The translations under genes were made by a program, and so were the position numbers. The notes under the pieces are model-generated. The model worked only from the letters and a program-made list of their open reading frames with translations. It had not been told where the DNA came from and did no database searches. Positions 57,828-63,954 of a DNA stretch of 64,000 bases are shown piece by piece (position 1 is the stretch's first letter; each line of letters opens with the position of its first letter). Source of the DNA: a virus; IMG/VR virus record IMGVR_UViG_3300040801_002290, positions 130,022-194,021 of that record; one strand, given 5' to 3'.

Positions 57828-58115
57828 ATGGCAACCGTTAAAGAGCATTACGCCTACATCACCCCGCCCCCGCCCATTGACTACGTTGAGGTCGATTTGG
57901 AGGACCGGTACAACCTGGACCTCTACGTCGCCAAGACGCTGGTCGAGACTCACCTCGCCAAAGGTGTCGAAGTTCGACTCAGAAACGGTGAGTGGTTCGC
58001 CAACGTGCCTCGCGGTATCTACTTCCTCGTTAACGCTGGAGAGAAGCTCCAGTCGATTGTTCTGCTCCGTGCCTTCGCCGCGAAGGTTTACTTGGACTCC
58101 AAGAACCACCAATAG
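57828..58115 (+). CDS. Small early protein (95 aa)
   Basis: TAGCAT 6 nt before ATG, class II box upstream. Confidence 0.75.
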   Translation: MATVKEHYAYITPPPPIDYVEVDLEDRYNLDLYVAKTLVETHLAKGVEVRLRNGEWFANVPRGIYFLVNAGEKLQSIVLLRAFAAKVYLDSKNHQ

Positions 58116-58126
58116 CTTCTCAGTTG

Positions 58127-58156
58127 AAATAGGGGGTATTTTCTGCCCCCTATTTT
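58127..58156. terminator. Intrinsic terminator (possibly bidirectional)
   Basis: AAATAGGGGG-9 nt-CCCCCTATTTT; the T-run is the start of a reverse 21-bp motif. Confidence 0.75.
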
Positions 58157-58214
58157 GACGTTTTACCCCGGCCATTCTCACATTTCTCATCATTAGCTCG
58201 ATTACGATTTACTC

Positions 58215-58403
58215 ATGACACGAGAAGAGTTCCTCAGCACCCACGCGGATGCCATGTTGATTGAGATGGAAGTCGAAACATTCGGGGCGGAAGAATGGAC
58301 CGTCCGTAAGGTGTTCGACCTCGCCGGTTTCTACGTCGATGGTAAGGAGCTTCGCGTAGACCTCACCAAGCGCATTATGGAACGCCTCGTGGAGATGCTG
58401 TAA
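58215..58403 (+). CDS. Small early protein (62 aa)
   Basis: TACGAT 6 nt before ATG. Confidence 0.7.
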   Translation: MTREEFLSTHADAMLIEMEVETFGAEEWTVRKVFDLAGFYVDGKELRVDLTKRIMERLVEML

Positions 58404-58618
58404 TGGACACGTACGATATCGAAGTGCTGCTGGATAGGTTGGCGGCGGCTATGAAGGCCCGTGAGGTTGCCGAAAAAGCCCGAGAAGCCTACGTGTATCG
58501 CTACCACGGGTGCGATGAGGAGTGGCAGTACGAGCGTGCGAAGGAGCGGTTGGCGGAAACTCTCACTCTTCTCATTCCTGGGTCGGATACACTAAATCAT
58601 CAAAGCACGGAGTGGTGA
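58403..58618 (+). CDS. Small early protein (71 aa)
   Basis: TAATG coupling. Confidence 0.7.
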   Translation: MDTYDIEVLLDRLAAAMKAREVAEKAREAYVYRYHGCDEEWQYERAKERLAETLTLLIPGSDTLNHQSTEW

Positions 58619-58701
58619 GGTCAGTAACCCAAAGTACGCAGCACAGACTCGGAAATGGCAGAAAACCCACCACTTAGAAAGTATCGAGAGAGAAAATATC
58701 A

Positions 58702-58731
58702 GAGGAGGCAACATAGCCTCCTCACTTTTTT
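58702..58731 (+). terminator. Intrinsic terminator
   Basis: GAGGAGGC-AACATA-GCCTCCTC-ACTTTTTT. Confidence 0.8.
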
Positions 58732-58791
58732 GACGGTTTGGCCCGCCCTGGGCTCTCATACTTCTAATAAACTATAGAGCGACAATGGGGC

Positions 58792-59031
58792 ATGACCATC
58801 ACCGCACCCGCAACGTACAACGATGGTACGCCTCTCTCGCACCCCGAAACCTTCATGGCAGTCTACCTTAGGGCTATTCGCAAGTTTCGCCGCGAACCCA
58901 ACAGGCGCGAGGCCATGTATCTCTTGGACGAACTGACCTCGGGCTTTACTGACTCCAACGAGGAGGAGTGCGCCGCCTATGCTGTGTGGAGGGCGCATCG
59001 TGAGGTTTACGGCCCGGAAAAGGAACCGTAA
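58792..59031 (+). CDS. Small early protein (79 aa)
   Basis: Class II box and GACAAT 5 nt before ATG. Confidence 0.7.
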   Translation: MTITAPATYNDGTPLSHPETFMAVYLRAIRKFRREPNRREAMYLLDELTSGFTDSNEEECAAYAVWRAHREVYGPEKEP

Positions 59032-59118
59032 TAAAACTCACATAATTAAAGCCCCAATCGGGGCAGCGATTTTCGTCAAATCTCATCATTCTCACAAGCC
59101 TGGGGACAATAATAAGAC

Positions 59119-59229
59119 ATGACCAACCGAATCACTGACCCCCGCATCGGTCACTGGGGCTACTGGCGTGACGACTACCGCAAGGGCACCGACACCACTC
59201 GCATCCGGGTTCGCGTCCTGCCCCGCTAA
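59119..59229 (+). CDS. 36-aa basic peptide (not in ORF track)
   Basis: MTNRITDPRIGHWGYWRDDYRKGTDTTRIRVRVLPR; occupies one motif-bounded cassette. Confidence 0.6.
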   Translation: MTNRITDPRIGHWGYWRDDYRKGTDTTRIRVRVLPR

Positions 59230-59300
59230 GGGCAGGGCCGCACATTTGGTCAAAAAAGTCAAGACTTGACACCAGGATACGGGGGACGTATCATACTCCT

Positions 59301-59555
59301 ATGAACGATTACTTCGATGACCTCAACCCGACTTTCCGCGACGAAGAAGCTTTCATTCTCGGCAACGAGGACCTGTACGACGAGGATGGTGTTTTCATCT
59401 TCGAAGAAGGGGAAGTCAACGAAGACGACTTGGACCCTGTTGACCTTGACGCCGACGACGACGACTTCCCGGAGATGTTGGAATACGACGACTGGCAGGA
59501 CGACATGTACGCCGACGGTGAGGGCTTCTACAGCAACGAGGAACCAGACTTCTAG
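59301..59555 (+). CDS. Extremely acidic 84-aa protein (DNA-mimic candidate)
   Basis: 22 Asp + 13 Glu, 1 Arg, 0 Lys; TTGACA-17-TATCAT-6-ATG. Confidence 0.75.
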   Translation: MNDYFDDLNPTFRDEEAFILGNEDLYDEDGVFIFEEGEVNEDDLDPVDLDADDDDFPEMLEYDDWQDDMYADGEGFYSNEEPDF

Positions 59556-59623
59556 CCCGCATTGCGGGCGGGCCAACCCGTCAAAACTCACACTTCTCAT
59601 CTAGAAGGGAGTATACTTCTTTT

Positions 59624-59785
59624 ATGAGCAACCCACACCTGGCAGTTCACATCAGCCGTCAAGCCACCCGTCGCATCCTCATTCTCCAGCCCCGTAACAG
59701 CCTCGGGCAGTTCCTGTCCCCGGTTCGCCCCACCCTCGCTCCTGCGACCGTGCATGTCACTCTGAACGGTGGTGTTATTCGGTGA
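59624..59785 (+). CDS. 53-aa early protein (not in ORF track)
   Basis: MSNPHLAVHISRQATRR...; TATACT 6 nt before ATG; GTGA overlap. Confidence 0.65.
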   Translation: MSNPHLAVHISRQATRRILILQPRNSLGQFLSPVRPTLAPATVHVTLNGGVIR

Positions 59786-59970
59786 AGGAGAAGGTGTGTT
59801 GCATCTGCGGTGAGCCTCCTGGGGCGCTAGACAAGCTGTGGCCCTATGGACGGGGGGAGTATATCTGCTCGTCCTGCTCAATCACCGAGAGCATTCACGC
59901 CGATAGTACTGAGATGTACGAGTATGACGAGTACGAGACATGGGGAGACGAGAAGTCTTATAACCACTGA
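59782..59970 (+). CDS. C4 zinc-finger-like small protein
   Basis: CCICG...YICSSC followed by an acidic tail. Confidence 0.6.
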   Translation: MKEKVCCICGEPPGALDKLWPYGRGEYICSSCSITESIHADSTEMYEYDEYETWGDEKSYNH

Positions 59971-59996
59971 GAGGGGCGAAAGCCCCTTTCTTTTTT
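59971..59996 (+). terminator. Intrinsic terminator
   Basis: GAGGGGC-GAAA-GCCCCTTTC-TTTTTT. Confidence 0.8.
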
Positions 59997-60050
59997 GACG
60001 ATTTCGGCGGCTTCTCACACTTCTCATACTGTATCCTGTATCCTGTGTTT

Positions 60051-60161
60051 ATGGGACCTTACCTCTCGACCTATTACGACTACGACAGCGCCCGTGGCCC
60101 AGAGTTTCGCCGTGGCTCCTTCATCGCCTACCAGCGCCGCTTTCATCGCGTGCGCTTCTAA
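60051..60161 (+). CDS. 36-aa peptide (not in ORF track)
   Basis: MGPYLSTYYDYDSARGPEFRRGSFIAYQRRFHRVRF; TATCCT 6 nt before ATG. Confidence 0.6.
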   Translation: MGPYLSTYYDYDSARGPEFRRGSFIAYQRRFHRVRF

Positions 60162-60170
60162 GGAGAGGTC

Positions 60171-60410
60171 ATGTACCTTATTCAGAGCCTGAGTGCCGGG
60201 CATACGCCCAGCGGCAACCCGAAGCGAGTTTTCGTGGTCTATGGTGAGTATTGTGAAGTTGTTGGGGCTTTCGATGAGGGTTACAACGGGCTCGACGCGG
60301 TGCCTCAGAAGTTCCTTTCTCAGCACATGCTTCTCCCTACGGTGAAGGTGCCTCACAGCGAGTACAAGTTCTGGCTGAAACGAGGCAAGGCTATGCAGGA
60401 ACGGGTGTAG
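60171..60410 (+). CDS. Small early protein (79 aa)
   Basis: GGAGAGG SD. Confidence 0.7.
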   Translation: MYLIQSLSAGHTPSGNPKRVFVVYGEYCEVVGAFDEGYNGLDAVPQKFLSQHMLLPTVKVPHSEYKFWLKRGKAMQERV

Positions 60411-60483
60411 AAATACACCCCGCACACTTCGTCAAAATAGTCAAGATGTTGACACCAGGGCTTGGAAAGCGTACTATATACCT

Positions 60484-60663
60484 ATGAACATCGCGTACAA
60501 GAAGTTGGCCACCGGAGAATGGTTCGTTGAGGCTTGGATGTACACTTCGGACTACGAGATGGTGCATACCTCGTGCATCGACCCTGACCGTCGTATGGCA
60601 TCCTGGAAGGCGTTCAGCGCACTCACTTGCCGATTGCCCCTCACCTGGCCCCTTCGCTGGTGA
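60484..60663 (+). CDS. 59-aa early protein (not in ORF track)
   Basis: MNIAYKKLATGEW...; TTGACA-17-TACTAT-6-ATG. Confidence 0.7.
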   Translation: MNIAYKKLATGEWFVEAWMYTSDYEMVHTSCIDPDRRMASWKAFSALTCRLPLTWPLRW

Positions 60664-60751
60664 GGTCGGCCCCCAAAACGGTCAAAATGTCAAGCCCTAC
60701 AGGTGTGAAGTATCTCACACTTTTCCCATATTCGTGTGATAGGCTTTGATT

Positions 60752-60913
60752 ATGAAAAAGCAGCACCTAGGCACTATCAAGTTCGACCCGCGAGATGCCA
60801 CTAAGGGGCTTGGGCACGAATACGGTGCCGGTCGCGGCACTAAGGTTCTTCGTCACAAGACCTCTCGCCGGTCTAAGGACCGACTTCGTAAGGAGTTGAC
60901 TCAGCATGATTGA
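60752..60913 (+). CDS. 53-aa basic protein (not in ORF track)
   Basis: MKKQHLGTIKFDPRD...RRSKDRLRKEL; TAGGCT 6 nt before ATG. Confidence 0.65.
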   Translation: MKKQHLGTIKFDPRDATKGLGHEYGAGRGTKVLRHKTSRRSKDRLRKELTQHD

Positions 60914-61064
60914 CCCCTTCGTGGCTATGATGGTTTGGCCCCAGTCCACCGACACGGGCGACGAGACTGACTGGGAAGCAGTCCGGGCCGAGGAAGAAGT
61001 TGTTCGCCCCGCCACCCCTGAGGATTGGGAAGAGTTCTGGAATGATTTCGGAGGAGAAGAATAA
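60906..61064 (+). CDS. 52-aa acidic, Trp-rich protein (not in ORF track)
   Basis: MIDPFVAMMVWPQSTDTGDETDWEAVRAEEE...EDWEEFWNDFGGEE; AAGGAG SD. Confidence 0.65.
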   Translation: MIDPFVAMMVWPQSTDTGDETDWEAVRAEEEVVRPATPEDWEEFWNDFGGEE

Positions 61065-61192
61065 TGTATCGACTGACCTTTGTGAATGAGTCGTCCGTCC
61101 TGTGGGCCGCTGATATCGAAACCCTTCGACAGTACGTCTACGATGCCGAGGTGACGGAATACGACATTGTGTTCATTCCGAATGAGTGGTGA
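61064..61192 (+). CDS. 42-aa protein (not in ORF track)
   Basis: MYRLTFVNESSVLWAAD...; GGAGG SD and TAATG coupling. Confidence 0.65.
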   Translation: MYRLTFVNESSVLWAADIETLRQYVYDAEVTEYDIVFIPNEW

Positions 61193-61219
61193 GGCGGGGA
61201 AACCCGCCTTGCTTTTTTT
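61192..61219 (+). terminator. Intrinsic terminator
   Basis: AGGCGGG-GAAA-CCCGCCTT-GC-TTTTTTT. Confidence 0.8.
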
Positions 61220-61274
61220 GACGGTTTGTGCGGCCCGCTCACACTTCTCATAAAGAAAATGGGTACTCTAAAGC

Positions 61275-61622
61275 ATGACTAAGTATCTGCGAGTGGATGA
61301 AACCGGCGCTGTCACTGAACTTTCTGTTTCTTCTCTGGAAGATTTGCAGACTGCTGTTGGTGGATACATTACCGGTGCCTGGGAAGGCAAGTCTCTCCCG
61401 TCTGGTACTACCGTCTTCGCTAACGATGAGGGCCTGCTTCTCGACATGCGGCCTAACCTCGTCGCGTCCATGGTCGTTGGCCATGTCCTGGTTGGCCCTG
61501 TCCTTTTCGGCGGGCCTGCCGACTCCGAAGGAGATGTGACGGATATCACGAAGCGAGCCGAGGAACTCATCTATGCTATGTCTCTCGCCGTCAGCGGCCC
61601 TCACACTTCTCAGAATAGCTAG
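61275..61622 (+). CDS. DUF3846-like protein
   Basis: SLEDLQTAVGGYI...VFANDEGLLLDMRPN..AS...LVGPVL. Confidence 0.65.
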   Translation: MTKYLRVDETGAVTELSVSSLEDLQTAVGGYITGAWEGKSLPSGTTVFANDEGLLLDMRPNLVASMVVGHVLVGPVLFGGPADSEGDVTDITKRAEELIYAMSLAVSGPHTSQNS

Positions 61623-61636
61623 GAGTACCATACCTT

Positions 61637-61894
61637 ATGGCAAACATCAAGGACGTGGCCGAGCAGTTCATGGAAGGCATCAACACGATGTCTCTCAACC
61701 CGAAGGGCTTTGTCGAGGTTGTGACGGCTGACCACCGCTCTCTGCAACAGTCGGCCTTCCGACTCTTCGCGGCCTGTATTCAAGAATGGGCTACGCACGA
61801 GTTCTACGACGCCCGCAACGAGGCAACGGTCACCCTTTCGAAGCGCATCGTGGATGCCCTCGGGGACGACATCGAACGAATCCCCTTCATCTAA
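61637..61894 (+). CDS. Small early protein (85 aa)
   Basis: Class II promoter embedded in the 3' end of the previous gene; TACCAT 5 nt before ATG. Confidence 0.7.
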   Translation: MANIKDVAEQFMEGINTMSLNPKGFVEVVTADHRSLQQSAFRLFAACIQEWATHEFYDARNEATVTLSKRIVDALGDDIERIPFI

Positions 61895-61989
61895 TATGCA
61901 CAAGCCCGCAACACTATGCGGGCGGCGCAAAGGGTCAAAATTCATAATTCTCACAATCTAATAGACTAGCATTAGGGCAGGAGGAAAAC

Positions 61990-62235
61990 ATGCTTACCCC
62001 AGTCTGGATTGTTGTTGCAATCGTCGCCACCGCTCGCGGTGCCCGATGGAAGCCTTGGGTGGTTGCTGGCATCATGCTTCTCGTCAACTTTGGTGTGGGG
62101 TTCACGCTCGGTTTGGCCGGTTATAGACTCTATGAGACTCAAGACTTTCTCATGGTAGTTGGTTTTGTCACGGAACTTATTATTCTCTTTGCCGCGACTT
62201 ACTACGTGTTTCGTCCTAAGCCCTCATCTTTCTAA
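61990..62235 (+). CDS. Small multi-pass membrane protein
   Basis: 81 aa, three hydrophobic segments; AGGAGG SD. Confidence 0.7.
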   Translation: MLTPVWIVVAIVATARGARWKPWVVAGIMLLVNFGVGFTLGLAGYRLYETQDFLMVVGFVTELIILFAATYYVFRPKPSSF

Positions 62236-62260
62236 TATTCCGAGGAGTTAGACTAACAGC

Positions 62261-62461
62261 ATGAAAAACTACGTCACATACGAGGACTTTCTCCCCGCTC
62301 TCAAGTCCAGTCGAACCCTCACGGTGACTACAGACTATAATCGTCCGGATTCAGAGACTCCCTTCGTGAATTCTATCGTCCTAAACCGCATGAAGAGCGA
62401 GGGACGCATTAAGGACACTAAGGTTGGGGCTGGAAAGCACCTGGTGGAAATGCTTCGATAA
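62261..62461 (+). CDS. Small early protein (66 aa)
   Basis: TAGACT 6 nt before ATG. Confidence 0.65.
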   Translation: MKNYVTYEDFLPALKSSRTLTVTTDYNRPDSETPFVNSIVLNRMKSEGRIKDTKVGAGKHLVEMLR

Positions 62462-62649
62462 TGCCAGACATTCGAAGCTTCTTTGAAGACGTGGGTTACG
62501 AAGTACTGAGTATTTCAACAAACCGAAAAGGTGAATTAATTGTACGGACTGAGAGAGGTGAGTTTAATGTAGGGAAGAAGATTTTCCCCGCTGAATTCGA
62601 AGACACTCAGGTCCAGAAGATTCTAGCTGAGCTAACACCGTCTTTTTGA
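62461..62649 (+). CDS. Small early protein (62 aa)
   Basis: TAATG coupling; the stop TGA lies inside a reverse 21-bp motif. Confidence 0.65.
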   Translation: MPDIRSFFEDVGYEVLSISTNRKGELIVRTERGEFNVGKKIFPAEFEDTQVQKILAELTPSF

Positions 62650-62702
62650 CGGTTTAGCCCGCGCCTCACACTTCTCATAATGATTGGGATTACTATTAGG
62701 TC

Positions 62703-63128
62703 GTGAAAAGCCTCAAAGATTTCGTATTGGAGACCGTTCAGGAAGCGTGTGACCTGTACGGTGTTTCTTTTCCCGGCGGCGTGAATGTAAAGTACAGGGA
62801 GGACATGTCCGCCTCTGCTTTCTTTACCCCTATGGAGCAGTCTATTACTGTGAATGTTCGTCAGTGCAGGACTAAGAGAGATGTTATCTTCGCCATTGGT
62901 CACGAGGTTGGTCACGCTAGGCAGCATAAGCGTCTGAAAGGCAACATGCTCTTTCTTTATCAAATGGAACTTGCTCTTTATGGATACAATACCGCCCCCA
63001 TGGAGATTGAGGCTGACAAGGTGGGTTTTGATTTCGAAGGGAAAAAGAGTTACAAGAACGAAGTTCTCTACAATGATGTGCCCTCCGTGTTCATCTCTCG
63101 CAAGATGGCTCGTGCTGGAACCTTTTGA
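62703..63128 (+). CDS. HEXXH zinc-metallopeptidase-like protein
   Basis: FAIGHEVGHARQH plus downstream PMEIEAD; TACTAT 6 nt before GTG. Confidence 0.65.
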   Translation: MKSLKDFVLETVQEACDLYGVSFPGGVNVKYREDMSASAFFTPMEQSITVNVRQCRTKRDVIFAIGHEVGHARQHKRLKGNMLFLYQMELALYGYNTAPMEIEADKVGFDFEGKKSYKNEVLYNDVPSVFISRKMARAGTF

Positions 63129-63180
63129 CGGTTTCGGCAGCGGCTCATACTACTCATACAACTGTAGAGTATCTTTAGGT

Positions 63181-63360
63181 ATGGAACACCCGAGAATTGC
63201 TAAGCGGCGTGAGTATTTGGAGGACAAGCTCTTTCGCACCGAAGAAGCGTTGGAACTTGACCCCTACAACGAGAAGCTGCTGGCTCGTGCTAACAGGGTT
63301 GAGGAAGAACTTGAGACCCTGGACATGGAAGCGGCTGACCCTGCGGCTCACGGGTATTGA
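63181..63360 (+). CDS. 59-aa helical-hairpin protein
   Basis: Start revised to MEHPRIAKRR...; TATCTT 5 nt before ATG. Confidence 0.65.
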   Translation: MEHPRIAKRREYLEDKLFRTEEALELDPYNEKLLARANRVEEELETLDMEAADPAAHGY

Positions 63361-63381
63361 GGGGGAGAAATCCCCCTTTTT
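63359..63381 (+). terminator. Intrinsic terminator
   Basis: GAGGGGGA-GAAA-TCCCCCTT-TTT. Confidence 0.75.
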
Positions 63382-63433
63382 GACGTTTAGCGCGGCCCAC
63401 ATCTTTCTCATATAAACAGGAGTAGACTAGAGT

Positions 63434-63586
63434 ATGACATTCACCCTAGACAAGCGGCAAGAGAAGAACCTCAAGCGGATTCTGGCGTGGTTGATTCACA
63501 ACCGAACTATCGACCCTATGACTCAGGATGAGGCTAGAGAGTTGTACGCGGCGATTTCTAATGTTTCTCATAAGGCTGAGGGGTAA
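63434..63586 (+). CDS. 50-aa protein (not in ORF track)
   Basis: MTFTLDKRQEKNLKRILAW...; TAGACT 5 nt before ATG. Confidence 0.65.
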   Translation: MTFTLDKRQEKNLKRILAWLIHNRTIDPMTQDEARELYAAISNVSHKAEG

Positions 63587-63595
63587 TCTTAGAGC

Positions 63596-63826
63596 ATGGA
63601 AAACGACCTGGAGACCCAAGCCCGTATCCGCAACATGCCCGAGAATGCTCGTCAGGCCGACGGCTACCACGTTGCTCGCGCTATGATTCGCGGCGGTGGC
63701 TTTATGACCGCGCTTTCTGAGGCTTTTCGTCGGGCCGACTTGGATAACCGTCGTCTCATCTTCGCGTCCTGGGGCGATAGCATTCAGCACGAATGGGAAG
63801 CGTACCGTCGGCAGGGCGGCTGGTGA
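63596..63826 (+). CDS. Small early protein (76 aa)
   Basis: GGGFMTALSEAFRRADLDN motif; TAATCT 6 nt before ATG. Confidence 0.7.
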   Translation: MENDLETQARIRNMPENARQADGYHVARAMIRGGGFMTALSEAFRRADLDNRRLIFASWGDSIQHEWEAYRRQGGW

Positions 63827-63828
63827 CG

Positions 63829-63954
63829 ATGGGCAAGACCCGTCGCAAGTTCGATAAGGAACGGGGGAGTGAAAACCGCTCCCCCAAAAAGGAAAAGCAG
63901 CCCAGGCAGGAACGTCGTGAACTTAAGGAAAAACTTAAGGAGTACACTCGATGA
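63829..63954 (+). CDS. 41-aa highly basic protein (not in ORF track)
   Basis: MGKTRRKFDKERGSENRSPKKEKQPRQERRELKEKLKEYTR. Confidence 0.55.
   Translation: MGKTRRKFDKERGSENRSPKKEKQPRQERRELKEKLKEYTR

Larger units (their letters stand above)
55223..63398. repeat. 20 dispersed copies of asymmetric 21-bp motif GGGCnGCnnAAAnCGTCAAAA
   Basis: Forward copies start at 55223, 55954, 56379, 56716, 57340, 57769, 59061, 59235, 59566, 60417, 60667, 61920. Reverse copies start at 55488, 58153, 58728, 59993, 61216, 62644, 63123, 63378. Confidence 0.9.

Noticed and set aside
58619-58734. Open frame between 58619 and the terminator
   Set aside because: No ATG/GTG start with SD in that frame, and it runs through a terminator hairpin.
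55223-63398. CRISPR array interpretation of the recurring 21-bp motif
   Set aside because: Copies are degenerate, occur in both orientations, are irregularly spaced (about 200-750 bp) and are separated by promoter-bearing ORFs; no cas genes in the window.
55223-63398. Integron attC cassette array
   Set aside because: No RYYYAAC...GTTRRRY ends or long imperfect attC palindromes, cassettes have their own promoters, and no integrase in the window.
55223-63398. Deinococcus radiation/desiccation response motif (RDRM) as identity of the GTCAAAA sites
   Set aside because: RDRM is a 17-bp palindrome (TTATG...CATAA-like); these sites are asymmetric with a GC-rich half.
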